Shown: positions 27,812 through 38,689, counted from the first letter of the stretch. The stretch: DNA of 64,000 nt from an uncultured bacterium (GCA_963710755.1 CAVQBK010000007.1:64001-128000); one strand, 5' to 3'. Translations and numbers: made by a program. The notes: a model not told the origin generated them from the sequence alone.

Positions 27812-30370
27812 ATGAAATTTCTGAAGACCTACAATGTAGTTCCGACCCTTCCGGAAAAACTGAATGCACTCAAAACCTTAGCCTACAATTATTGGTGGTG
27901 CTGGAATGCCCAAGGCTTCAATATTTTCCGCCACATGGCCCCGGAGCTTTGGACCCAATGCGAACACAATCCCGCACTCTTTCTTAGCCGCATCTCGCAA
28001 GAGCGATTGGAAGAGTTGACCAGTGATGAAGGCTTTTTGTACAACCTGGAAATGGTGATCAAAGACTTGCAGACTTACTTGCAGCGTAAAAGCTGGTTTG
28101 AATCCATATGGGAAAAAGACAAACATTTCCAAGTGGCTTATTTTTCAGCGGAATTCGGTATCAGCGAAGGCCTGCCTATTTATTCCGGCGGCTTGGGGGT
28201 GCTTGCTGGTGACCACTTAAAATCGGCCAGTGATTTGGGTATTCCTCTGGTAGGCATGGGCTTGGCGTACCGGCAGGGCTATTTCCGGCAATACCTGAAT
28301 CAGGACGGGCTGCAGCAGGAACGGTATGTGGAAAATGACTTTTACAACATGCCTCTAATCCTGGTCACTGATGACAGCAACCAAGCCATCAAAGTCACCC
28401 TGCAGCTGCCGGGGCGGGAATTGACCGTGCAAATCTGGAAAGTGCTGGTGGGACGGGTGCCGTTGTATTTGCTGGATACCAATTTGCCGGAGAATACGCC
28501 CGATGACCGGGGTATCACCAGCCAGTTGTACGGCGGGGACAAGGAAATGCGTATCAAACAGGAAATGGTGTTGGGCGTCGGCGGTATCAGAGCCTTGGAA
28601 AAGTTGGGTCTGCTTCCCTGCGTCACCCACATGAACGAAGGGCACAGCGCCTTCCTGGGATTGGAACGCATACGTTATCATATGAAACAGGACCAGCTCT
28701 CCTATTCGGAAGCCAGGGAACTGGTAGCCGGCAGCACCATCTTTACCACGCATACGCCTGTGCCTGCGGGCATTGACCTGTTTGCACCGGAGATGCTCAA
28801 AGCCTATTTGTCACCACTGCAGACGGAACTGGGGATTGATGACAAAACCCTGCTCGGTCTGGGCAGAGGCAACATCGAAGATATGCACGAGCCTTTTTCC
28901 ATGGCCATTCTAGCCTTGAACCTTTCCACCAAAGCCAATGCGGTGGCCAAATTACACGGGGTGGTATCCCGGAAAATGTGGGGGCACTTGTGGCCCACTT
29001 TGCCGGAGGAAGAGATTCCCATTACCCACATCACCAATGGCGTGCATGCCAATTCCTGGATCTCTCTGGAAATGTCCGAATTGTTTCAACGCTATCTGGG
29101 ACCGCGGTGGGTGGAGGAACCGGGGGATCAGCGTATTTGGGAACGGGTGCTGGCCATTCCTTCGGCGGAATTATGGCGCACCCATGAACGCCGCCGGGAA
29201 CGGCTGGTGGGTTATGTGCGCCGCCGGCTCAAAGAGCAGTTGAAGTCACGGGGCGTGGCGGAACATGAAATGGAGATCGCCTCTCAGGTACTCGATCCGG
29301 AAGCCCTGACCATTGGCTTTGCGCGGCGTTTTGCCACCTATAAACGGGCCACGTTAATTTTCCGGGATATCGAACGCTTTATTAATCTGGTCACCAATAA
29401 AAACCGTCCCGTGCAGTTCCTCTTTGCCGGCAAAGCCCATCCTCACGATGAACCGGGTAAGCGCTTGATCCAGGAGATTGTCCACTTCGCTCGCCGGCCG
29501 GAATTAAGACGGCATGTGGTGTTTGTCGAGGATTATGATCTTAATTGTGCCCATTATCTGCTGCAGGGGGTGGACGTCTGGCTCAACAATCCGCGCCGTC
29601 CTCTGGAGGCTTCGGGTACCTCAGGTATGAAAGCCATCTTTAACGGCGGCCTTAACTGTTCGATTCTTGATGGCTGGTGGGACGAAGGCTACAACGGCGA
29701 GAACGGTTGGGCCATCGGCCGCGGCGAAGAATACGACGATTTGGAATACCAGAACAAGGTGGAAAGCGCTTCGCTCTATCAGATTCTGGAGAATGAAATC
29801 ATTCCGCTTTTTTATGACCGCGGGCCCGACAATATTCCCGAGAATTGGATTAAAAAAATAAAAAAATCCATGACCTCCCTGGGGCCGGTGTTCAATACCA
29901 ACCGTATGGTCTCGGAGTACACGGAAAATCTTTACATCGAACAGATGGAACGGCTGCACAAACTAAAAGCCGATAATTGCAGTGCTGTCAAATTCTATGC
30001 CGCCTGGAAGGATAAGGTCTATAAATCATGGGACAAAGTGGCTGTGGAAAAAGTGACGGCCGAGGATTCCAAGGAATTTGAAGTGGGCAGTACGGTCAAG
30101 GTTAATGCCACGGTGGTACTGGGTCAGCTCACACCGGAAGATGTACAGGTGGAAATTGTCTTTGGCCGGGTGGATGGTAATTATAATATGGTGAACACCG
30201 ATACAGTCACCATGCAACCCGTTGGCAAAGTCGAGGGCAAGCGTCTTAATTATGAAGGTATGATTCCCTGCGATTACAGTGGTAATTTCGGGTTAACCGT
30301 CAGGATCCTGCCCAAGAACGAGTTGCAGTCGCACCGCTTTGAAACCAGCCTGATTACATGGGGGCAGTAA
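27812..30370 (+). CDS. glgP: Alpha-glucan (glycogen) phosphorylase
   Basis: AYFSAEFG, YSGGLGVLAGDHLKSASD, HMNEGH, FARRFATYKR and EASGTSGMKA; RBS AAGGAG before ATG 27812. Confidence 0.96.
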   Translation: MKFLKTYNVVPTLPEKLNALKTLAYNYWWCWNAQGFNIFRHMAPELWTQCEHNPALFLSRISQERLEELTSDEGFLYNLEMVIKDLQTYLQRKSWFESIWEKDKHFQVAYFSAEFGISEGLPIYSGGLGVLAGDHLKSASDLGIPLVGMGLAYRQGYFRQYLNQDGLQQERYVENDFYNMPLILVTDDSNQAIKVTLQLPGRELTVQIWKVLVGRVPLYLLDTNLPENTPDDRGITSQLYGGDKEMRIKQEMVLGVGGIRALEKLGLLPCVTHMNEGHSAFLGLERIRYHMKQDQLSYSEARELVAGSTIFTTHTPVPAGIDLFAPEMLKAYLSPLQTELGIDDKTLLGLGRGNIEDMHEPFSMAILALNLSTKANAVAKLHGVVSRKMWGHLWPTLPEEEIPITHITNGVHANSWISLEMSELFQRYLGPRWVEEPGDQRIWERVLAIPSAELWRTHERRRERLVGYVRRRLKEQLKSRGVAEHEMEIASQVLDPEALTIGFARRFATYKRATLIFRDIERFINLVTNKNRPVQFLFAGKAHPHDEPGKRLIQEIVHFARRPELRRHVVFVEDYDLNCAHYLLQGVDVWLNNPRRPLEASGTSGMKAIFNGGLNCSILDGWWDEGYNGENGWAIGRGEEYDDLEYQNKVESASLYQILENEIIPLFYDRGPDNIPENWIKKIKKSMTSLGPVFNTNRMVSEYTENLYIEQMERLHKLKADNCSAVKFYAAWKDKVYKSWDKVAVEKVTAEDSKEFEVGSTVKVNATVVLGQLTPEDVQVEIVFGRVDGNYNMVNTDTVTMQPVGKVEGKRLNYEGMIPCDYSGNFGLTVRILPKNELQSHRFETSLITWGQ

Positions 30371-30418
30371 GTCGGAGAAAGCCCTGGCTTGTGGAAACCG
30401 GGTGAACACATCTTTGGC

Positions 30419-30446
30419 GTAGGGAACGGTTGCGACCGTTCCCTAC
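30419..30446. repeat. GTAG-type REP-like palindrome between convergent genes (possible bidirectional terminator)
   Basis: GTAGGGAACGGT-TGCG-ACCGTTCCCTAC, a perfect 12-bp stem. Confidence 0.75.
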
Positions 30447-30470
30447 CAGCCGGTTTATAATCCTGTCCTG

Positions 30471-31184
30471 TTATCCCAGGCGTTCAAGAAACCGCAATAG
30501 TTTTAAAAGAATCTGATTCTCGCGGTGGCTCAGAGTCCGTTTCTCAAAGAGATATTTGACCTTGCGGGTGAAGTCAGGCAACCTGGCCGGCGGTTGATAA
30601 TCACATTTTTGCAGCAATTGATCAAGCAGATCAAAGGTCACCTGTTTTTCCTGGAAAGTGGCCAGATGCGCCCATTCCGGGGAAGGAATGAGGTCGTCGC
30701 GATGCTCAGCTTGAAACCATTCATAGAGATAAAGTAATACCGCCTGTCCCAGGTTAAGACTGCCTTCTTGGGCTGTGGGAATAGTGGAGGCCGTATCACA
30801 CAGGAAAATTTCTTCATTGGTCAAACCGGCCCGTTCAGCACCAAAAACCAAGGCGCAGGGCTGTTGGGTGCCCAGGGTCACCAGTTTTTCCGCAGCCTGT
30901 TGCGGGGACAAGGGTGGAAGTTTGACCCGTCGCACGCGCCGGGAAGTGGCCACGGCAAACACGCAGTCCGCCAAGGCTTCACGCAAGGTGTTATAAACAC
31001 GCAGCTGATCCAGCACCGGCCTGCCATGGCAAGCTACCTTGGCGGCGATGGTAGGGTCATAGTCTTGGGGAGCAACCAAGCGCAGCTGAGTCAGCCCGAA
31101 ATTGGCCATGGCTCTGGCCGCAGCCCCGATGTTTTCCGCAATTTGCGGTCTAACCAAAACAACATTTAAAGATGATGATGACAT
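30471..31184 (-). CDS. trmJ: SPOUT tRNA methyltransferase, TrmJ/LasT family
   Basis: VVLVRPQIAENIGAAARAMANFG, ALVFGAERAGLTNEE and SLNLGQAV. Confidence 0.88.
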   Translation of the reverse strand: MSSSSLNVVLVRPQIAENIGAAARAMANFGLTQLRLVAPQDYDPTIAAKVACHGRPVLDQLRVYNTLREALADCVFAVATSRRVRRVKLPPLSPQQAAEKLVTLGTQQPCALVFGAERAGLTNEEIFLCDTASTIPTAQEGSLNLGQAVLLYLYEWFQAEHRDDLIPSPEWAHLATFQEKQVTFDLLDQLLQKCDYQPPARLPDFTRKVKYLFEKRTLSHRENQILLKLLRFLERLG

Positions 31185-31624
31185 GGGATGGTCTCGCCTG
31201 TAATTAAGTTGGTCTTATTGTACATGATGCCAAGCAGAAAGCCAAACCCGATCATGAAGTTTTTGCTGCAGCTTATACCAAGGCGCAAAATCTGGTAGGG
31301 ATTCAACACGTTAAAGCCCGGTGAAAAGGATGGAGTTATTTTCGGCTAAAGAGTACAGGTATGGTGGTGCCCTATAGAAGCAATTTCTTTCATGCCTTAA
31401 AAAGCCATAAAAATTATGGCAACTTTAGGCGCTCTTGGTTACAATAAGAATATGACCGATAGCATTCTTAAAACCCTCAGAAATGGTTTCCCGCAATGCC
31501 CGCAATCTCCCGGGCCGTTCACAACCCAACATGGTTACTATCCGGCACAACCCTTAAAAGAGCATGGTAATCGCAACCCCATTCAGTGCCGGGTGGTACA
31601 CTAGAATGCAAAGGAGGAACAACG

Positions 31625-32731
31625 ATGGAGAAGTATCAAATTGACCAGAGTTTCCGATTGGAGCCAACCTTTGGCCTGGAAGATTGGAAAGCCTTTCTCG
31701 CCTCGGTTATTGACCAGATGGCTTACGATGAAGATACATTGTTTGAGATGGTGACGGAAGACAGTCAATTAAGGCGTCGGTTAGATGAAGTGCCCTGGGG
31801 CGAATTATCCGGTTATCTGACCCCGGCGCTGTGGGATAGCTTCCATCAAATGGTGCTCAGCAATCACTGGATTAAAGGCATGAACATCAAATTCCATCTG
31901 GTTAAAAGGCCGGATCACCTTAACCTGAGCATCAAGTGCGGCTTGGATGACATGGCCCAACGGCAGATGCTGGAAGATAAAATTCAATATTTGCTGATAG
32001 CGGCGCAATCTCCCAAAGGTATGTCCGGGCCCACGGTGGAGGATTTGGAAGCTTTATTCGGAGCTATGCTGCTCACCGAATCAGTGGCCGCCAAAACTAA
32101 AAATTCCTTTATGAAGGGGGACATGCAGAGCTGCCTTAAAGCAGCCAAGGACATAATTCTGGACGCGTTGTTTAGCAAGACCGGCATAAGCCGTGGGCGT
32201 ACTTTTGAGGTGATAAACCTCTTTACCCAGCAAACACCCTATCTGCTCCTGCCCAACTTATCCGGCCCTCGTCTGCGCGACGAGTTGGAAGGTCTGGCTC
32301 ATTTGCTGGTGGGTACAGTGTCGGTAATGAAGGCTATCCTTGATTACAAGGATCATGTTCTCAAGGAACCGCCTCAAATATTGAAGTATCTGGTGCTGAC
32401 CAGCATGATCATGGATCGTTTTGAAAATACGGTCAAAAACCCGGCTTATCATGAAGCTGAGCAGGAGGCTGTGGTCATGACCCCTGCACCGGTGAAAAAG
32501 AAAACAGTAGTAAAGAAGAAAACCAAGGTCACGAAAAAAAGCAAGCCCCTTAGCCGGACCGGTAAAAAGACTTTGGCTCCCAAACCCAAAGGTGCGGTCA
32601 AAAAAGCGGCTGTCAAAAAAAAGACCAAGACAATAAAATCAGCTGCTAAAGCAGGATTGAAAAAAAGCACCAAAACCAGCCGTAAGCCAAAAGCGGTATC
32701 ACGCCGAACCAGGTCGTCCAAACGGGCCTAA
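31625..32731 (+). CDS. Hypothetical protein with a degenerate Ymh/TIGR02391 (HEPN-like) domain and a Lys-rich histone H1-like tail
   Basis: RBS AAGGAGG; NLSGPRLRDELEGLAHLLVG...YLVLTSMIMDRFE resembles the Ymh pattern; the last ~80 aa are K/A/T/S/R-rich. Confidence 0.7.
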   Translation: MEKYQIDQSFRLEPTFGLEDWKAFLASVIDQMAYDEDTLFEMVTEDSQLRRRLDEVPWGELSGYLTPALWDSFHQMVLSNHWIKGMNIKFHLVKRPDHLNLSIKCGLDDMAQRQMLEDKIQYLLIAAQSPKGMSGPTVEDLEALFGAMLLTESVAAKTKNSFMKGDMQSCLKAAKDIILDALFSKTGISRGRTFEVINLFTQQTPYLLLPNLSGPRLRDELEGLAHLLVGTVSVMKAILDYKDHVLKEPPQILKYLVLTSMIMDRFENTVKNPAYHEAEQEAVVMTPAPVKKKTVVKKKTKVTKKSKPLSRTGKKTLAPKPKGAVKKAAVKKKTKTIKSAAKAGLKKSTKTSRKPKAVSRRTRSSKRA

Positions 32732-32954
32732 AAACTACCGGCTTATGACCGGCACTGTACTTTGCTTGAGCAGACCCTGAGGCCGGGCATGGCCGTAGCC
32801 AGAGGGCTTTGCCCCGAGCCCGGGGGACTTTTATTGAGGGAAGACGTTGCTGCAATTTAAAAATGGAAAATTAGTACTGGTGAAGCACAAACCAGTTCAT
32901 GTGCTCGCGGGGCCGATTTCCGACGGCCCTGTAGCCCATCCTGTTGGTCAATCA

Positions 32955-35195
32955 ATGATGACACCCCTGCAGATTCGTTTGATCGGATTGCTGGTGGTGT
33001 TGCTGTTGCTCGCCAATTATTGCTGGCTCTATGTTGACCGGAAGCCATTTGCCTGGGATGAATCCATCCACTACCTCGGCGCTATGGGCTATTACCAGGC
33101 CTGGTTAGGCCAGGGATTGCAGGGGTTGCGCCATTTTTTCACCCAATCAGACTTTTATCCTCCTCTGACGGAATGGTTAACCGGTTTGATCTTCCGTCTG
33201 ACCGGTCCGCGACCGGATACGGCCTCGTTTTTAAATCTGTTTTATCTAACGGCCATTTTAGGTCTTTTAATCAGTCTTGGCCGGCGCTGGAAGAGCATGG
33301 ATGCGGCCATCATGGCCGGCTATTTGTTTTTGACCTCGGCCTTGGTTAGCTTGCAGTCCAAGTTGTTTATGCTCGACATCCCCCTGACCTTTTATGTGCT
33401 GCTGGCTGTCTGGAGCTTTGACCGGAGCCGGCATTTTCGAAAACGTAGCTGGTCTCTGGTTTACGGCTTGGCGTTTGGGTTGGCCATGCTGACCAAATGG
33501 AGTGCGCTCTTTTTTCTCGCCTTGCCGCCGGTGATCTCCGTGGTCATCACAAGTTGGAAAACCTCCAAGCACCGCGGTGATCGTTGGCTTAATCTGACAC
33601 TGGCCTATACGGTTGCCTTGGTGATTGCTTTTCCCTGGTATGCTCTGCACTTAATCAAACTGGTTAAAAACACCTCGGGTTATCTGTATGAACGTGGAGC
33701 TTTGGAAAATGATCCGTCTTTGGCCACAGTGCAGGCTTGGCTCTATTATCCCTTGGCCATTTTAAGGCAATTGTCCTTGCCTGCGGGGTTGCTGGCGCTG
33801 GGTGGATTTGGGTGGGCCCTGGTTAAAAAGAAAGCGGTCATGCCGGCCTGGCTATGGGTAATTCTGCCTTGCCTGATCCTGACGCTGATTCGCAGCAAGG
33901 ATACCCATTATACCATGCCACTGTTGCCTGTCTGTGGATTGATCGCTTTGCTCTGGATACAGGGACTTCGGCAGGAGCTGCGCGCTCGCCTGATGGTCGT
34001 CATGGCCGTACTTTTGAGCGGTCAGATGATCTACAGCCATTTGGGAACCTATGCCGGTCCTATTTATAGAATGTTCAACCACACCTGGGAAGGGTTGCCG
34101 GTAGTGGAATCCCAAGCCCCTGATCACCGGCACTGGCCGTTGACAGAGATTCTGGCCGATGTTGAGCAGGCGGGCCGGGCGCTGGGACGTACGCCATTAT
34201 TACGGGTGATACCCGGCGCTGCATCCTTCAGCCGTGTGACCTTTGCGGTGGAACAGGCACGCCATCCCTATAACGTGCAATTATCCTCCATTACCAATTG
34301 GCCGGCTTTTACTGATTTTGCGGTGACCAAGACCGGGAGCCTTGGTCTGCCTTTTTTAATTAAAAACCAAACTGCCATTACGGAGGCCTTATTCAACACG
34401 ACCAGTGCCGAAGCCAGGGTTTTCCAATTGATCCGTCAATATAAACTGCCCGATGGCAGTCAGGCCCGTTTATACCAACGGGTGGCGCAACCCTTGCCAG
34501 AACTGGAGGCACCGGCCGTGATGACGATGCTACATCAGCATTTGGAAGGTCTGCTGGAAGATTATATTCACAACGCCAAGGATCTGAGCATTACGGTGGA
34601 ATCCTATGATTCCGGCCAGACGAGGTTGGGCAGATTTAAGAGTATCAGAATCAGTGCCGGCCAGGGGTTGGTCGGCGACTTCAAGCGCCAAGCGCTGGCT
34701 GTGCCATTTAATAAAATCGACGTGATACTGGAAGACGTGACTCTGGATTTGAAGGCCCTCACTTCCGGCCGCTTGCTGCCCTATGCCTTGAAGAGTCTTG
34801 AAGTTAAGAACCTGACCATGGAGGCCAACGCCTTGAATAATACTTTGGCAGCTGCGCAAGGCGAGCTCAGGCAATGCCGGGTTAGCATGGATCAGGGTCG
34901 ATTACGATTGCGTTACCTGGGGAAGTATCCGTTGGAAGTAACTCTGGGCCTGCAGGTTCAGACCGACTTGCATGATCAGCGTTCGGACAACCTTTATGCC
35001 CATCTCCTGGAAATCGCCACATCCTGGGGCAGACTGCCGGCCGGGGTAGTGCAACTGATACTCAATGATTTCAACCCTTTGCTCAAGTTGTCCGGATTTC
35101 CGGTCAGCGTGCGCTTAGGGAAGTGCAGGATCAGTCCACAGCAACTGCTGATCGGAACTTCCGTAGCGGAACCTGGCCAGACCGGTCAACCTTAA
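32955..35195 (+). CDS. GT-C (ArnT/PMT, GT39-like) membrane glycosyltransferase with a C-terminal DUF2993/LmeA-like domain
   Basis: PFAWDESIHY, FYPPL, MLDIPLT, LAMLTKWS and KDTHYTMP; many TM helices. Start uncertain. Confidence 0.8.
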   Translation: MMTPLQIRLIGLLVVLLLLANYCWLYVDRKPFAWDESIHYLGAMGYYQAWLGQGLQGLRHFFTQSDFYPPLTEWLTGLIFRLTGPRPDTASFLNLFYLTAILGLLISLGRRWKSMDAAIMAGYLFLTSALVSLQSKLFMLDIPLTFYVLLAVWSFDRSRHFRKRSWSLVYGLAFGLAMLTKWSALFFLALPPVISVVITSWKTSKHRGDRWLNLTLAYTVALVIAFPWYALHLIKLVKNTSGYLYERGALENDPSLATVQAWLYYPLAILRQLSLPAGLLALGGFGWALVKKKAVMPAWLWVILPCLILTLIRSKDTHYTMPLLPVCGLIALLWIQGLRQELRARLMVVMAVLLSGQMIYSHLGTYAGPIYRMFNHTWEGLPVVESQAPDHRHWPLTEILADVEQAGRALGRTPLLRVIPGAASFSRVTFAVEQARHPYNVQLSSITNWPAFTDFAVTKTGSLGLPFLIKNQTAITEALFNTTSAEARVFQLIRQYKLPDGSQARLYQRVAQPLPELEAPAVMTMLHQHLEGLLEDYIHNAKDLSITVESYDSGQTRLGRFKSIRISAGQGLVGDFKRQALAVPFNKIDVILEDVTLDLKALTSGRLLPYALKSLEVKNLTMEANALNNTLAAAQGELRQCRVSMDQGRLRLRYLGKYPLEVTLGLQVQTDLHDQRSDNLYAHLLEIATSWGRLPAGVVQLILNDFNPLLKLSGFPVSVRLGKCRISPQQLLIGTSVAEPGQTGQP

Positions 35196-35406
35196 TAACG
35201 GTGTAGGCGCAATGGGGGGATAAAAAAGCCCGACCCAGTTGCCTGCCAATGATCACTATCACAATACGGTTCTTAGGCTAGAAAGATATTTTTGTACGAT
35301 ATAATGTATATGGGACACGGCGTGCCGAGTCCTTACAGGTTTCCCTGTGGGCAAAAGACGTCTTTGCGCAACAGAAACTAACTTAAAGAGGAGTACACTG
35401 CCGCCA

Positions 35407-35805
35407 ATGCCCTTCCAGGAGAGAAGCTACAGATTTTTACCGGTAGTGCTGATTACCAGCTTGACCCAAGCCGCGCTGGCTTGGATCATGGCGATCTGGA
35501 GTTTGGTATATGCTCCTGCCCCCATGCTGGCCGCAGCCGTGGTGGGTGCCCTGTTGTTGAAAAACGAAGAACGCTACGCCTCCCTGTTGGGGGCAATGGC
35601 AGGCTTAGTCGGCGGCGCTTTGGCAGAGATCGCCTATCATGGGGTGCGTATGAAAAAAGTAGTCTCCTGGATTCAATTAACGCCTTGGGAACAGGTGCTC
35701 TTGGCTGCGGCGGAAACCGTGCTGTATGCAGCCTTGCTCAGTTTTTTTATGGGTTTCTTCAGTGGCTTATTTAGAAAATCTTTGTTCACTGGCCATGATA
35801 AATGA
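35407..35805 (+). CDS. Small membrane protein (about 4 TM)
   Basis: Hydrophobic ORF; GAGGAG upstream of ATG 35407. Confidence 0.6.
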   Translation: MPFQERSYRFLPVVLITSLTQAALAWIMAIWSLVYAPAPMLAAAVVGALLLKNEERYASLLGAMAGLVGGALAEIAYHGVRMKKVVSWIQLTPWEQVLLAAAETVLYAALLSFFMGFFSGLFRKSLFTGHDK

Positions 35806-35837
35806 CCTGTGCTTGGCAGAGCGGACAAAGTCAGGAA

Positions 35838-36443
35838 CTAAAGGGATATAAAGGAATTAACAGCCGGCTTGATTTCAGTTGGAATTACGCCGGAAAGGAA
35901 ATTGATCAGGATGGCAAAAATAAAGCAGAACAAGACGAACAAGACGACCTTGTTAACAAGTCGCAGCCAGTTGATCACCATTTGTTGTCGCAGCACGGCC
36001 GCAAAGCTGATCCAATAACTGAACAAAATGATAATGCCCGCCAATCCCGCCAACCCGCCTATTATGGCCTCGGTCTTGTCGAACATGAAATCATTGATGA
36101 GCAGGAAATAAATCAAAGGCGAGAGGATCGTGAAAAAGACCATAACCAACAAAAGGGCATAACTGCTGAAGCCTTGGAAAGGGTCCTCTTCCGTCCAGGC
36201 TTCCCGAAGCGCGAGCAGTGATTGCTTTTGAATCAGACGGCCCATGAGCAAAGCCAAAAGTAACTGCACCATAAAGGTGAAAAAAGAGACAAAGCCGATT
36301 AAATGAAAATTATTGTTGAAGTTAAAGGCATTATTTACAGTCAACAAGAAATAAACACTGCCCAGATGTCCCAGGCAGGTTAAAAAGGAAAGGAAAAAGA
36401 GGTGAAGGGCCGGTTGTTTGAGCGTTAGATCCGCGTTCTGCAT
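35838..36443 (-). CDS. Hypothetical membrane protein (about 5 TM)
   Basis: Strongly hydrophobic 201-aa ORF; RBS AAGGA. Confidence 0.7.
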   Translation of the reverse strand: MQNADLTLKQPALHLFFLSFLTCLGHLGSVYFLLTVNNAFNFNNNFHLIGFVSFFTFMVQLLLALLMGRLIQKQSLLALREAWTEEDPFQGFSSYALLLVMVFFTILSPLIYFLLINDFMFDKTEAIIGGLAGLAGIIILFSYWISFAAVLRQQMVINWLRLVNKVVLFVLFCFIFAILINFLSGVIPTEIKPAVNSFISL

Positions 36444-36542
36444 GTTTGTCCTTAGTTGGTTTCTATTGCGGAATAAATTATTTTTCAGTTAAGGCTATAA
36501 GTAGCTTGTTTTTATATCATCAATCGCTTCTAATCAAAGGGC

Positions 36543-36570
36543 GTAGGGGCACGGTATGCCGCGCCCCTAC
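36543..36570. repeat. GTAG-type REP-like palindrome
   Basis: GTAGGGGC-ACGGTATGCCGC-GCCCCTAC hairpin; same architecture as 30419-30446. Confidence 0.7.
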
Positions 36571-36675
36571 TCACAGTCCTGAATGGAAAAACTTATTTCG
36601 TAACAAGAACCAGAAAAAGTTAAACTTATTATTGCCCAGGGAGGGCTATTTGGCAATGGGTAATCACCGGGCTCA

Positions 36676-37356
36676 TCAGCGCGCTTGCAGCTGATGCTTA
36701 AGTTCCGTGAGGAAGACCAGATCGGCCGTGAATTTGGCCGCCCACTGCCGGTATAGATGAACGTCTTGGGAGGTGGGCTGTTTCAACCGGCGTTGTATAT
36801 AAGCGATCGTGGTCTGGAGTTCATGGATGTGATGGTTTAAAAGATGGAAGCGTGCCCGGTACAATTCCGGGTCAGTGTCCGGACTTATTTGGGTGCGAAA
36901 CTCCTGCAAATTCAAATGCGCTACCATGCGTTCAAACAGCCATTGGTCTGCCTCCACCCACAGACGCCGTTTGTCCGGACTAAGCAGGAGGGTCTGACTG
37001 CAATAAGCACGGTAGTTTTCAAGATGTTGCTGCAACTCCGGTTGCTGATTCTGCAACTGCTGATCAAGATGTTGCGCCTGCAGGATAAGCTGGTTGAGTT
37101 GTTGCAAATGCCGTTCCTGGCTGGAACGCCAAAATGGATTCCACGAATAACGATCCTCCTCATTGGCATTGCCCATGACATCCATGGTTTTGATGGTCTT
37201 TTTCAATTCTTCCAATTCCCGGGTGCGCGTCTCCCACTGATGCAACTGCGATCTGATCAGCGCCACGTCCGGGGCAGGTGCCGACCCCAGGGCTGCTGTG
37301 GATTGCAGTAAAGCCAGCAACAATAGAATTATTAAGCCTGGATAAAAAGGGCGCAT
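36676..37356 (-). CDS. Exported coiled-coil hypothetical protein
   Basis: Signal peptide and Q/E/L-rich helices; starts 1 bp after the regulator stop, so probably co-transcribed. Confidence 0.7.
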   Translation of the reverse strand: MRPFYPGLIILLLLALLQSTAALGSAPAPDVALIRSQLHQWETRTRELEELKKTIKTMDVMGNANEEDRYSWNPFWRSSQERHLQQLNQLILQAQHLDQQLQNQQPELQQHLENYRAYCSQTLLLSPDKRRLWVEADQWLFERMVAHLNLQEFRTQISPDTDPELYRARFHLLNHHIHELQTTIAYIQRRLKQPTSQDVHLYRQWAAKFTADLVFLTELKHQLQAR

Positions 37357-37357
37357 A

Positions 37358-38689
37358 TTACCTTTCAGAAATCAAATTATATTTATTAAGTTTATATTGC
37401 AAGGTGCTGCGTTGAATCCCCAGTAGTTTGGCCGCTTGCGCTTGATTGCCGCCGGAATGCCCCAAAGCCTCCTGAATCAATTTTTTTTCAATCTCTTCCA
37501 GAATTTGATTGATGTTTTTCTGGCCCAAGGTCACTTCCTGACTCGGCCGAGTCAGAGCTGCATCCACACGCAGCGACTCCTGGGTGGATAGGATAACTGC
37601 ACGTTCAATGATGTTTTCCAATTCTCTCACATTGCCGGGCCAGCTATAATCCAGCAAAATACGTTCGGAAAATTTGGTGAGCTTCAACTGTTTGCCCGGA
37701 GCTTTGGTGGCCATGAAATGGTGGGCCAACAAAATGATGTCATCCTTGCGTTCCCGCAGGGGAGGCAGTTCGATGGGGAACACGTTCATACGCCAATAGA
37801 GGTCTTCGCGGAATTTGCCGGCTTTGATCATCTCTTTCAAATCCCGATGGGTGGCGGCAATGATACGCACATCTACTTTGATGGGCTGGTTCGAGCCGAC
37901 CCGTTCAAAGACCTTGTTTTCCAGGAATTTAAGCAGTTTGACCTGAATTTCCAAGGGGATTTCACCCAATTCATCCAAAAATAAAGTGCCGCCGTCGGAT
38001 ATTTCCAGCCGGCCCTTGCGCAATCCGGTGGCCCCGGTGAAGGCACCTTTTTCATGTCCGAACAGTTCGCTTTCGATCAAATTTTGGCTGTAAGCGGCGC
38101 AGTGTACGGTGATGAACGGACCCGAAGCTCGGTGGCTTTTTTGGTGCAAGGTGCGTGCCACCATTTCCTTGCCCGTACCCGACTCGCCGGTGATCAACAC
38201 GGTGGATTCGGTGCTGGCCACCTTTTCGATTAAATGATAAATGGTTTGCATGGCCTCCGACTGTCCGATAAGCTGTCCGAATTTCAAATTGTTTTCATGG
38301 CTCAAGTAGGTATTTTGTTCCTGTAGTTGTTTGGACTTAAGCAGGCGTGTGACTTTATGTTCAATCTCTTCCACCCGGAAAGGTTTAACCACATAATCAT
38401 CGGCGCCGGCTTTGATGGCTTCCACGGCGTTCTCGATGGAACCGTAGGCCGTCATCATCATGATGGGCATTTCCGGATACTGTTCTTTGATCTCTCTCAA
38501 CAAATCCAAGCCGGAGCCGTCAGGCAGCCTCTGATCGGTAATCACCAGATCAAGCAGGTTTTTCATCACCTGATCTCTGGCCTGTTCCAAATTCATGGAG
38601 GTTAGAACCGTATGACCATGGGAAGCCAGGATACGGCGAAGGACGTCGAGGATGTTAAATTCGTCTTCAATCAATAACAAGGTGGCCAT
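37358..38689 (-). CDS. Sigma54-dependent response regulator (NtrC/AtoC family)
   Basis: Receiver domain (LLIEDE, TDQRLPD, VVKP), [33 protein letters not shown] and a Fis-type HTH; RBS AAGGAG before ATG 38689. Confidence 0.95.
   Translation of the reverse strand: MATLLLIEDEFNILDVLRRILASHGHTVLTSMNLEQARDQVMKNLLDLVITDQRLPDGSGLDLLREIKEQYPEMPIMMMTAYGSIENAVEAIKAGADDYVVKPFRVEEIEHKVTRLLKSKQLQEQNTYLSHENNLKFGQLIGQSEAMQTIYHLIEKVASTESTVLITGESGTGKEMVARTLHQKSHRASGPFITVHCAAYSQNLIESELFGHEKGAFTGATGLRKGRLEISDGGTLFLDELGEIPLEIQVKLLKFLENKVFERVGSNQPIKVDVRIIAATHRDLKEMIKAGKFREDLYWRMNVFPIELPPLRERKDDIILLAHHFMATKAPGKQLKLTKFSERILLDYSWPGNVRELENIIERAVILSTQESLRVDAALTRPSQEVTLGQKNINQILEEIEKKLIQEALGHSGGNQAQAAKLLGIQRSTLQYKLNKYNLISER

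Noticed and set aside
35802-36221. Plus-strand 139-aa ORF
   Set aside because: Antisense shadow of the hydrophobic membrane-protein gene at 35838-36443.
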